DNA of 37,974 nucleotides from an uncultured Erysipelotrichaceae bacterium (GTDB taxonomy: Bacteria > Bacillota_I > Bacilli_A > Erysipelotrichales > Erysipelotrichaceae), in assembly GCA_902795525.1 (NCBI GenBank), contig CADBLN010000184.1:1-37974 (forward strand). The letters run 5' to 3'. The translations under genes were made by a program, and so were the position numbers. Positions within the stretch are counted from its first letter, which is position 1, and every line of letters starts with the position of its first letter. Under the pieces are notes generated by a model. That model searched no databases, was not told the origin of the DNA, and saw only the letters and a list, made by a program, of their open reading frames with translations. Of the stretch, positions 1-6,773 are shown piece after piece.

Positions 1-81
1 ATAACCAGTAGCTGTCTTTTTCTTTTTTGCTTCTGGTAAGTCCTGGTCTATAACCCAGTCAATTGAGAAATTCTTTAGCAT
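1..81 (-). CDS. 5' end of an unidentified protein (partial, runs off the window)
   Basis: ATG at 81-79 with a GGAGGGAAGG Shine-Dalgarno just upstream on the minus strand. Reads MLKNFSIDWVIDQDLPEAKKKKTATGY and stays open to the window edge. Confidence 0.5.
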   Translation of the reverse strand, partial: MLKNFSIDWVIDQDLPEAKKKKTATGY

Positions 82-260
82 CTAACCTTCCCTCCTTTCC
101 TTTCTCTTATATCATATTTTTGATAACAAATTTTGATACAAAAAAAGAAAGGGGTATCCTGCATGCCCTTACAACTAGCAATGCAAGGACACGTGACCTC
201 TCTCTCTTTCGTGTGTCGCTAAGGCAACACAATATCAAATATGATATTTAATTCGCTTTC

Positions 261-289
261 ATTATAGAATAAAAAATAATCTAATTCAA
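261..289 (-). promoter_or_regulatory. sigmaA-type promoter TTGAAT-17-TATAAT for the leftward transcript
   Basis: Minus-strand -35 at 289-284 and -10 at 266-261 with a 17-nt spacer. It would give a leader of about 170 nt before the ATG at 81. Confidence 0.5.
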
Positions 290-493
290 TGGAATTAACC
301 TTTTTTTTGCGTTGGGCCAAAAATAACAGCCAATGTTATCACTACAATTAACAACAACGTATATGGATTTTTTAGAAACTGCGTGCGGGAAACCCCAAGT
401 GCTTCAGCCTTGGGTAGTTCACTCTTGACTAACTATACTATTTTATTTTCTTTTCTGCGTCAAGCAATAATACTTCTCCACGTCTTCCATGCC

Positions 494-525
494 ACAAAAA
501 AAGAGCAACCTTTAGTGGTTACCCT
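494..525 (-). terminator. rho-independent terminator after the 550-729 gene
   Basis: Minus-strand stem AGGGTAACC/GGTTGCTCT (525-517 and 510-502, including G-U pairs) followed by a T7 run (501-495). Confidence 0.6.
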
Positions 526-549
526 TCCCTTTTCAGACTCTTGTACTTT

Positions 550-729
550 TTAATTTTCGTGAATTATGTGAGTAATTAACAGTGCTACAACAAAGGATAT
601 TATACTTTTAATTGTCGCCTCAGTTAAATCGCCTCTGATTAAATCATTAAATGCAGAAATTGTGAAAAATCCACCGAAAACCGCTAATAACAATGCGTAC
701 ATTTGTCTTTTCAAAAGCCTGTTTGTCAT
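550..729 (-). CDS. small (59 aa) two-helix membrane protein, function unknown
   Basis: The ATG at 729 is preceded by GGGAGGTG, so the track start at 744 is really the SD. Hydrophobic segments ALLLAVFGGFFTISAF and IISFVVALLITHII. Confidence 0.55.
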   Translation of the reverse strand: MTNRLLKRQMYALLLAVFGGFFTISAFNDLIRGDLTEATIKSIISFVVALLITHIIHEN

Positions 730-753
730 AATAACACCTCCCACAAAGACTTT

Positions 754-1323
754 TTATAGACTTTGTTCATAACGGTCCAGGAACTCTAAACATTCATCCA
801 ATGTAAACATTTCTATATCTCTTGAAGAGTAGTTCATCTGCTTTGGCAAATGAATTAAATGATTTATCATATTAGAATTATAGTTATCTCGACCATACAA
901 ACATAAAGCATAAAGTGACAACTGCCATTTAAGCTTTAAAAGCTGGTGTTCATCAACTGTTGCGTATGTTTTGATGTCGCCGATAGTTCCATCCTCATAC
1001 ACAAGGTCAATAGTTCCTGCCAACCTTTGTTCAAACATAACAATTTTTTCGCTAACTACAACCTTCGGTAATTTCTTTTCAACTCTTTTGTAAGCCATAA
1101 GAGAAGCCTTTTCTAAATTGTTTCTTGGAGAAACAATATCCTCTTTATGATATTTCTCAATTAGTTTGTGGATGTTAGTGCCATATTCTGCTTTAGCAGC
1201 CAGGATACTTGCTGGAACATCATCATAACCAGAACCAATATTAGCTGAAATTACCTGCGTCACTGAAGGAATAATGATACCGTAATCATTCAGATATAAA
1301 TGCTTGCTCTCTATGAATTCCAT
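754..1323 (-). CDS. PD-(D/E)xK family nuclease (RecB/Cas4-like exonuclease fold)
   Basis: Motifs PSVTQV, GTNIHKLIE and GTIDLVYEDGTIGDIKTY (D...D-x-K), as in phage/plasmid PD-(D/E)xK exonucleases. SD is GAGGGTGA. Confidence 0.6.
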   Translation of the reverse strand: MEFIESKHLYLNDYGIIIPSVTQVISANIGSGYDDVPASILAAKAEYGTNIHKLIEKYHKEDIVSPRNNLEKASLMAYKRVEKKLPKVVVSEKIVMFEQRLAGTIDLVYEDGTIGDIKTYATVDEHQLLKLKWQLSLYALCLYGRDNYNSNMINHLIHLPKQMNYSSRDIEMFTLDECLEFLDRYEQSL

Positions 1324-1460
1324 TCTTCATCACCCTCGCCCTCTTCTTCAACGTATTCCCACAGTAAATGTGGTGCAAGGTTGATTAAGATTTTGATTGT
1401 TGCAGTTAAGTAAAAAAGTGTTGCCACCAAAATAAAAAGATGTAGTAAGTAATACAACAT
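1311..1460 (-). CDS. 49-aa membrane peptide with acidic tail (below track cutoff)
   Basis: GGAAAGGAG SD, then ATG at 1460. Sequence MLYYLLHLFILVATLFYLTATIKILINLAPHLLWEYVEEEGEGDEEWNS. Its end overlaps the start of the nuclease gene. Confidence 0.4.
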   Translation of the reverse strand: MLYYLLHLFILVATLFYLTATIKILINLAPHLLWEYVEEEGEGDEEWNS

Positions 1461-1486
1461 AACAATCAACTCCTTTCCCAGAAACG

Positions 1487-1513
1487 TAAAAAAAGCAACC
1501 CAAAAAGGCTGCT
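1487..1513 (-). terminator. intrinsic terminator inside the leader of the 1460/1323 genes
   Basis: Minus-strand stem AGCAGCC (1513-1507) / GGTTGCT (1500-1494, one G-U) followed by T6 (1493-1488). Confidence 0.5.
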
Positions 1514-1564
1514 TATCAATTACATTGTTTCCTTATTTACAAATTTTTTATTTTTTACGCACTT

Positions 1565-1594
1565 ATTATAACAAATCTTCCATTTATCTTGCAA
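1565..1594 (-). promoter_or_regulatory. sigmaA promoter TTGCAA-18-TGtTATAAT
   Basis: Minus-strand -35 at 1594-1589 and extended -10 TGtTATAAT at 1573-1565. It sits directly after the stop of the 427-aa gene. Confidence 0.55.
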
Positions 1595-1601
1595 GTTTTC
1601 C

Positions 1602-2885
1602 TCAACTATGGAAGTTTGCTATCCAAATTTTTTCCAAAGCGTCTTCAATGACACAACTTTTCTTATCTTTTGTCTTCAAAGGATAGCCATAAATGCGTTT
1701 ATATTTCTGTAATTGAGCTACAGGATCTGATGTAATCTTGAAAATGCGTCCATCTTTGCTTTTTACAGTCAAAAATTCATTGGGATTGTAATAATTCCAC
1801 AGGTCAACAATGGTATGAACCGCATCTTTTAATCTTTCCATTTCAGCCAATTGATACGAAGAGGCCGTTTCAGGCATTTCTAAGACATTTTTGTTATTGT
1901 TTGAAGACTTTATCACATCTTTACTAAAATAAGCTGTATCGTCCTCCAAATCACCCTCACGCTCATATTCACCAGCATAACCATAACCTTTGCGTTTTGC
2001 TTCAATTCTATTATTAGTGTCGCCCTGAAGTCTTTGAAGGCTTTCTAGTCTTTCTTTTTCTCTTCGTTGTTCTTCAAGTTTTCTTTGTTTCTCTGCTTCT
2101 TCTTCCTGTTGTCTTCTTCTTTCAGCTTCAGCTTTTATTCTTTCTTGCTGTGTTTTGAGTTCGGCTTCCCTTTTTGCTCTCTCTTGTTCTTCGATTATTC
2201 TATATCGTTCTTCTGGATCTTTACCGTCAGCAATATCGTTGAAATAATCAATCAATTGCATCCTGGTCAACCATCTCTTAACGTAAATTGCACCATTTGT
2301 GTAAGTTTCCTTGACATTGTGAAGGACCACAAAACATGATGAATCTTTATCATAACTATCATCATGCAGCTCCAACACTAGCCACATCTTATTGTTATCA
2401 GTGTAATCTTCAAACATCTTAGCTGGGCGTTTGTAGAACAACACATTCTTATTGTAAGATTGCTTAATTCTCCCCTTCCCCATAAGTTCAATGAAGTTCA
2501 GAACCCACATCACTTTTAAGCCATTGGATAAGATAAAGTAATTCTTATCCCAAAAATCACCTGCAGATACTGGCCCTGTATTGAACATCATTGCCAACTT
2601 CCCTTTCACAAGTGTATCGACTCTGTGTGTTTCGTTATTATGAGTTATAGGCTTTTCGATATCTGCCACATCAAACATTTTCTTCATTGAATTAGCCCAT
2701 AAGCTTTCATCATATTTCCAGTAATCAATGCAAGTTTCCTTTGGATAATGAGAAAAGTGCGGTAGTTTCTTTTCACCATGCTTAACAAAAAGTCTTTTGC
2801 CACAAGTAGGACAAAAGTATTCCATACCATCAATGTAATGGTCTATATCAACCTTAATCTTATCTTTTGTATAAGCGGCCCTCAT
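1602..2885 (-). CDS. CoiA-like zinc-ribbon/nuclease-fold protein with a long E/K/R-rich coiled coil and a C-terminal domain
   Basis: N-terminus FCPTCGKRLFVKHGEKKLPHFSHYPKETC and HRVDTLV...VMWVLN resemble the CoiA family layout. Residues about 225-290 are an ERAKREAELKTQQERIKAEAERRRQQEEEAEKQRKLEEQRREKER coiled coil. Confidence 0.45.
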   Translation of the reverse strand: MRAAYTKDKIKVDIDHYIDGMEYFCPTCGKRLFVKHGEKKLPHFSHYPKETCIDYWKYDESLWANSMKKMFDVADIEKPITHNNETHRVDTLVKGKLAMMFNTGPVSAGDFWDKNYFILSNGLKVMWVLNFIELMGKGRIKQSYNKNVLFYKRPAKMFEDYTDNNKMWLVLELHDDSYDKDSSCFVVLHNVKETYTNGAIYVKRWLTRMQLIDYFNDIADGKDPEERYRIIEEQERAKREAELKTQQERIKAEAERRRQQEEEAEKQRKLEEQRREKERLESLQRLQGDTNNRIEAKRKGYGYAGEYEREGDLEDDTAYFSKDVIKSSNNNKNVLEMPETASSYQLAEMERLKDAVHTIVDLWNYYNPNEFLTVKSKDGRIFKITSDPVAQLQKYKRIYGYPLKTKDKKSCVIEDALEKIWIANFHS

Positions 2886-3553
2886 AACGAAACCTTCTCT
2901 AAACTTATACCTTTCTTGTCCAACGCTCTGGTTGCTTCACAAGTCACAATGTCCGTGTAAGATACTCCTGCATCCTGTGCTCCATGACATTCTTTGTAAC
3001 TTGCAATTATTTCACCACATTTATCATTAGGAACCACATCTTCTACCTTAAACATTCTAGTTGCTGTCTGAGTAGAACAGTGTAGCACATATCCATAATC
3101 CGAATCGATGCCCAACAAGTAGTATTCTAGTCCCAACTTTAATCTGAAATAATCAAACATTGCATCAGTGTCACTGCACTTTTTTTCAGTGATGATGACA
3201 TCGATCAGTTCCCCTTTATCATTCAGAAGATTGATGAACGCACCTACACCGTATCTTTCAACAGGAATGTAAGATACTACATAGCTGCGTGGTAGATCAG
3301 GATGATGCAGTCTTCTGTTATATGCACGAAGCAGAATATTACATACTCCATCTTTTGTTTTAAGTTCCCCTTCTCCTAGTTCTAAACTTCTTATGAGTTT
3401 ATAGAGATGCTTTGCTTTTGGGTTTTTGGAGAAATCAAAACTCTGGTATTTAGTATTATCGTTAAGATACCAGCTTGCTATGGCCCTGACATCAGGCAGT
3501 TGTTCATTTAATTCGTTGAAGAATATATCTCTAATTTTGTGATAATAGTTCAT
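2882..3553 (-). CDS. hypothetical protein (possible PD-(D/E)xK-like D...E-K-K-C motif)
   Basis: 223-aa ORF whose stop overlaps the next start (ATGA). It contains NDKGELIDVIITEKKCS, reminiscent of YqaJ/lambda-exo LEIKCP. No SD; the promoter -10 lies 8 nt upstream of the ATG. Confidence 0.5.
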   Translation of the reverse strand: MNYYHKIRDIFFNELNEQLPDVRAIASWYLNDNTKYQSFDFSKNPKAKHLYKLIRSLELGEGELKTKDGVCNILLRAYNRRLHHPDLPRSYVVSYIPVERYGVGAFINLLNDKGELIDVIITEKKCSDTDAMFDYFRLKLGLEYYLLGIDSDYGYVLHCSTQTATRMFKVEDVVPNDKCGEIIASYKECHGAQDAGVSYTDIVTCEATRALDKKGISLEKVSL

Positions 3554-3561
3554 CTACAGAA

Positions 3562-3570
3562 ATTATAGCA
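3562..3570 (-). promoter_or_regulatory. extended -10 (TGcTATAAT) giving a probably leaderless mRNA
   Basis: Minus-strand TGCTATAAT at 3570-3562. Only 8 nt separate the -10 from the ATG at 3553, and no Shine-Dalgarno is present. Confidence 0.4.
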
Positions 3571-3786
3571 CAATAGCAATATTCACTATCGTGCGTAACA
3601 AAACAAACAAACAATGGTGAATTGTTGGTGCTGTTAAGGAAAGGCAGAGAGATATTAATTTTGAGGTGCAGAATTGCACTTCAAAGAGGCAAAAAAATTT
3701 CAAAAATTTTTCATTTTTTTAGCTTCCTAAAAAACGTCATTTCTATATTATATATATTATATAATATTAAATTATAAGAACTAGGC

Positions 3787-3823
3787 ATAAAAAAACAAGG
3801 TGTTTATCGCGATAAACACCTTG
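3787..3823 (-). terminator. rho-independent terminator of the par operon
   Basis: Perfect 14-bp inverted repeat CAAGGTGTTTATCG/CGATAAACACCTTG (3796-3823) followed on the minus strand by a T-run (3795-3788), just after the parB stop. Confidence 0.8.
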
Positions 3824-3828
3824 CAAAA

Positions 3829-4869
3829 TCAACCGTTTTTCTTGACTAACTCAATGGCCTGTGACATTGTAATTTCTTTGTTTTTAACCTTTAATAACAA
3901 ACTGAGAACTTCCTCGTTTTTCCAAAACTTTCCCTTTTTCTTGATGCCTACATTTGCTTTCTCTTTATTCTTTTCTAAGTATTTTTCAACCGAGAATCTC
4001 TTTTGTTTAATCTCTTTTCTAATTTGTTCCTTATTGTCATCTTTTTGATACTTCGCAAAAATGTTTCTGGCATCTCTTTGGGATAGGCACCCTTCAAGAA
4101 TTAAGTTAATAAATTCAGCATCAGCGTTTTTGAGAATTGTCATTATTGACTTTATAGTCATCAAATCAACATCAATCCCTTTGTTTTCCAGGATGTATTT
4201 TTGAATATCGGAATTGTATTCAATATCAATCCCTTTTTCTTTCATTTCATCATAGCTGTTGGCTATGATTTCAAATTTTGTGATGGCTCTTGCTGTGAGG
4301 TTAGTGTCATTATAAACTTGCTTTTCTTTATCATCTCCATAAGTATCATAGACAATGCAATTGATATACCATTTCCACTTATCCTTCAAAACATCTTTGT
4401 CATTGTTTAGAATGGTGTGTTCACTGTAAGGATTCTTTCTCTTGCAATAATCATAGAAGGACAATATATCTTCCCTATCCACGATGTCTTTGTTCATGGC
4501 CAAGCCGACCATAGCTCTAAAACGTCTTTCCCCTGAAGAAATAAAGTATTTACATCCATATTCTTCTTGCATCTTTTTCAAATACTCACGTTCATCATCA
4601 TCCGAAGCTTCATAACCATCAATCTTAACCACAACTATTGGTTGTTGCTGTCTGATGTTTAACAAAGATTTCTTCATTTCACGGTGAGACTCTAATGTGT
4701 TGATATACTTATTAACATTTCTTGGACATATATCAACTAATGGAATAACGTGAATGTCTTTCAGCTCGTAAGGGATTTGAGTGTTTTGGATATACTCACC
4801 AATCTGTTTCAAATAACCTTTATCGGTTGGTGGTGCTTCATTAAATAATTCATCTATAAGTTTCTTCAT
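3829..4869 (-). CDS. parB: ParB/Spo0J-family partition protein
   Basis: ParB-box motif ISSGERRFRAMVGL (GERRxRA). It lies directly downstream of parA. Confidence 0.8.
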   Translation of the reverse strand: MKKLIDELFNEAPPTDKGYLKQIGEYIQNTQIPYELKDIHVIPLVDICPRNVNKYINTLESHREMKKSLLNIRQQQPIVVVKIDGYEASDDDEREYLKKMQEEYGCKYFISSGERRFRAMVGLAMNKDIVDREDILSFYDYCKRKNPYSEHTILNNDKDVLKDKWKWYINCIVYDTYGDDKEKQVYNDTNLTARAITKFEIIANSYDEMKEKGIDIEYNSDIQKYILENKGIDVDLMTIKSIMTILKNADAEFINLILEGCLSQRDARNIFAKYQKDDNKEQIRKEIKQKRFSVEKYLEKNKEKANVGIKKKGKFWKNEEVLSLLLKVKNKEITMSQAIELVKKNG

Positions 4870-4871
4870 AA

Positions 4872-6071
4872 CTATCTACCATCCCATTTCACTTTATCTA
4901 TAATTTTTGGCTCTAAGTCTCTGTTTCTAATGTCCTCATCAACGATTTCTTGAGCTAATCTTTGCCAAAAGCCTTCTCTGATAATGCTCTTATCTTGAGC
5001 AAACAACATCCTGGAATACTCCATTTGAGCACAAGCCGCTCTTACTGGAATTGCTGTGTCAAAACAAGGTATCGGAAACAGCTCATCAACAATTTGATTT
5101 AAGGAAATATTGATTCTTCTATTTTTAGTATATTCATTTTTAACCATTCCAAGTATTCCTTTATGCTTTATGTTTCTTTGCTTCATTGCTAGTGCTTGAA
5201 TATCTGAAACAGTTTTAATTAAGTTTCTTGTTGATCTTAGAACCATAACAGACAAACTAATTGGCACTATAACAGATTCTGCTGCCATTAATGAATTTAA
5301 GCTTAATGTCCCTAAACTTGGTGGACAGTCAATAAGAATAAAATCATAATCCCTGTTCTTCTTTATCAATTCAATCAACGTATGCAAATAATAGATTCCG
5401 TCATTATGACGAGACAGTCTAACTTCATTTATTAGCATACTGATTCCAGCGGGAATTAAATCAAAATTGAGATAACGCTTTTCCCTAGCATAATCATAAT
5501 ATCTTGGCTTATTGTTTGGATCATCAATGACATTTTTTATATCTTCCCAATCAAAGTTGCCAATGTCATTCAACATTTTTTCATATAAATCATCCAGGGT
5601 GTTCAAATTATTTCCCTCAGAGTCCTCATCAAAGATGTTTAATAACTGCGTAGCACTTGCCTGGCTGTCAGTATCTATTAGCAATACTTTATAACCATTC
5701 TCTGACAAAGTATAAGCTAGTGATGTCGTGATGGTTGATTTGCCTGTTCCACCTTTATTGTTCATGATTGCATGTACTCTGCATCCACCTAGTTTAGCTC
5801 TGTTTTCCGTGACTGGTTCTATTACGCTTTTATTAAGTTCGTTTATTTTTTCATAAATCTCAGTTAGTTTTTCTTGCTCTTTATATATTGTTTTTTCAAC
5901 TAGAGTTTTCATCCCCTTCGGTCCAACACGGTTTGTTCCTGCAATATTAGGAATATAACTGTTATCGTCTTTGTATCTCATGCACTCCGCAATTTTATTT
6001 GCGTGCTTGCTCGCTTTTTCATTAAGTCCTTGTATTTGCTTCAATGTTTCATAATAGTTGTTCTGCATCAT
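4872..6071 (-). CDS. parA: ParA/Soj-family partition ATPase with an N-terminal extension of about 100 aa
   Basis: Deviant Walker A NNKGGTGKSTITTSLAY and the motif VLLIDTDSQASAT. Confidence 0.85.
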   Translation of the reverse strand: MMQNNYYETLKQIQGLNEKASKHANKIAECMRYKDDNSYIPNIAGTNRVGPKGMKTLVEKTIYKEQEKLTEIYEKINELNKSVIEPVTENRAKLGGCRVHAIMNNKGGTGKSTITTSLAYTLSENGYKVLLIDTDSQASATQLLNIFDEDSEGNNLNTLDDLYEKMLNDIGNFDWEDIKNVIDDPNNKPRYYDYAREKRYLNFDLIPAGISMLINEVRLSRHNDGIYYLHTLIELIKKNRDYDFILIDCPPSLGTLSLNSLMAAESVIVPISLSVMVLRSTRNLIKTVSDIQALAMKQRNIKHKGILGMVKNEYTKNRRINISLNQIVDELFPIPCFDTAIPVRAACAQMEYSRMLFAQDKSIIREGFWQRLAQEIVDEDIRNRDLEPKIIDKVKWDGR

Positions 6072-6499
6072 TATTTATAATTCCTTTCTACATCCTTTAT
6101 AATCAAACCTTTAATGTATTTTGTGTAATATCCTGGATCGCTACCGTATTTTTTGCGTGCAATTTCTTCACTGTGATAAAAGACGTTTTCTTCCTCTTCA
6201 TCAAATGAAATATTGATAGCTTTCTTTAGCTTGTTCACTGGATATGAAAAGTTGGTTTTTTGATATTGTTTATGCAATTCAAGCGACTCTTTAATATCAC
6301 TATCTGACATATCTACATTAACAGCCTTCAATAAAGCCTTTGCGTCTTTTAGGGAAGGGGTATATTCACCTCGCAAGATTCTACTTATTTTTCTTCTAGG
6401 TATTTCATCAACAATTTTTGCTAAGTAATAAGCTGCTCCTCGTTGTTTAGGAACGTTTTCCAAAATCAATTGAAAAAAAGGAAAAATCAAATTAATCAC
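6071..6499 (-). CDS. XRE-like helix-turn-helix protein, first gene of the par operon
   Basis: ISRILRGEYTPSLKDAKALLKAV resembles the XRE-family HTH signature (ISRIExGxxxPSLxxLxKLAKAL). The start is uncertain: GTG at 6499 or TTG at 6490. Confidence 0.5.
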   Translation of the reverse strand: MINLIFPFFQLILENVPKQRGAAYYLAKIVDEIPRRKISRILRGEYTPSLKDAKALLKAVNVDMSDSDIKESLELHKQYQKTNFSYPVNKLKKAINISFDEEEENVFYHSEEIARKKYGSDPGYYTKYIKGLIIKDVERNYK

Positions 6500-6514
6500 C
6501 TCAATTCTGGATTC

Positions 6515-6523
6515 ATTATAACA
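6515..6523 (-). promoter_or_regulatory. extended -10 (TGtTATAAT) of the par operon promoter
   Basis: Minus-strand TGTTATAAT at 6523-6515, just upstream of the HTH gene. The -35 is poor. Confidence 0.4.
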
Positions 6524-6545
6524 TTCATTTAAAAATTTGTGTAGA

Positions 6546-6571
6546 TTTTTTAGGCATTTTTGCCTAAAAAA
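6546..6571. promoter_or_regulatory. perfect palindrome T6-AGGCA-tttt-TGCCT-A6 between divergent promoters (candidate operator)
   Basis: 11-bp arms TTTTTTAGGCA/TGCCTAAAAAA, located between the par promoter and the rep promoter. Confidence 0.45.
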
Positions 6572-6577
6572 TAATTA

Positions 6578-6606
6578 TTGACTCTATAAATTATATTTCA
6601 TATAAT
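6578..6606 (+). promoter_or_regulatory. rep promoter TTGACT-17-TATAAT
   Basis: -35 at 6578-6583, 17-nt spacer, consensus -10 at 6601-6606. Confidence 0.7.
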
Positions 6607-6613
6607 CAAGGTA

Positions 6614-6680
6614 CAAAAAAAGACTTGTTACCAGCAAGTCCTAAATTGTGAAACGAAATTCGTTTTCCTAAATATAACCT
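6614..6680 (-). ncRNA. candidate countertranscript (antisense RNA) to the rep mRNA leader
   Basis: Minus-strand promoter TTGAAA-17-TATTAT (-35 at 6715-6710, -10 at 6692-6687). Minus-strand terminator hairpin GACTTG/CAAGTC (6640-6622) followed by T7 (6621-6615). Confidence 0.5.
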
Positions 6681-6702
6681 AAAGATATAATAAAGGAAAA
6701 CG

Positions 6703-6735
6703 AGGCTTGTTTCAAGTCTTTTCTTATACTTTTTT
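6703..6735 (+). terminator. attenuator terminator in the rep leader
   Basis: AGGCTTG-ttt-CAAGTCT (6703-6719, one G-U) followed by the U-rich tract TTTCTTATACTTTTTT, ending about 25 nt before the rep SD. Confidence 0.5.
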
Positions 6736-6773
6736 AGAAAAGATATAAAAAAACGAAGAAGGGAGCCTTGTTT

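Noticed and set aside
132-143. 12-mer TTTGATACAAAA shared with direct repeat 2 (34467-34478), considered as a third recombinase site
   Set aside because: In DNA this AT-rich, a single 12-mer match to a 34-nt query is roughly expected by chance across 38 kb on two strands.
63-251. 62-aa plus-strand ORF from the track
   Set aside because: It has no SD and lies entirely within the structured leader of the minus-strand gene. The sequence is low-complexity. It is most likely non-coding.
2067-2339. 90-aa plus-strand ORF (F/S/L-rich)
   Set aside because: It is the mirror image of the E/K/R-rich coiled-coil coding region on the minus strand, which is a typical antisense artefact.
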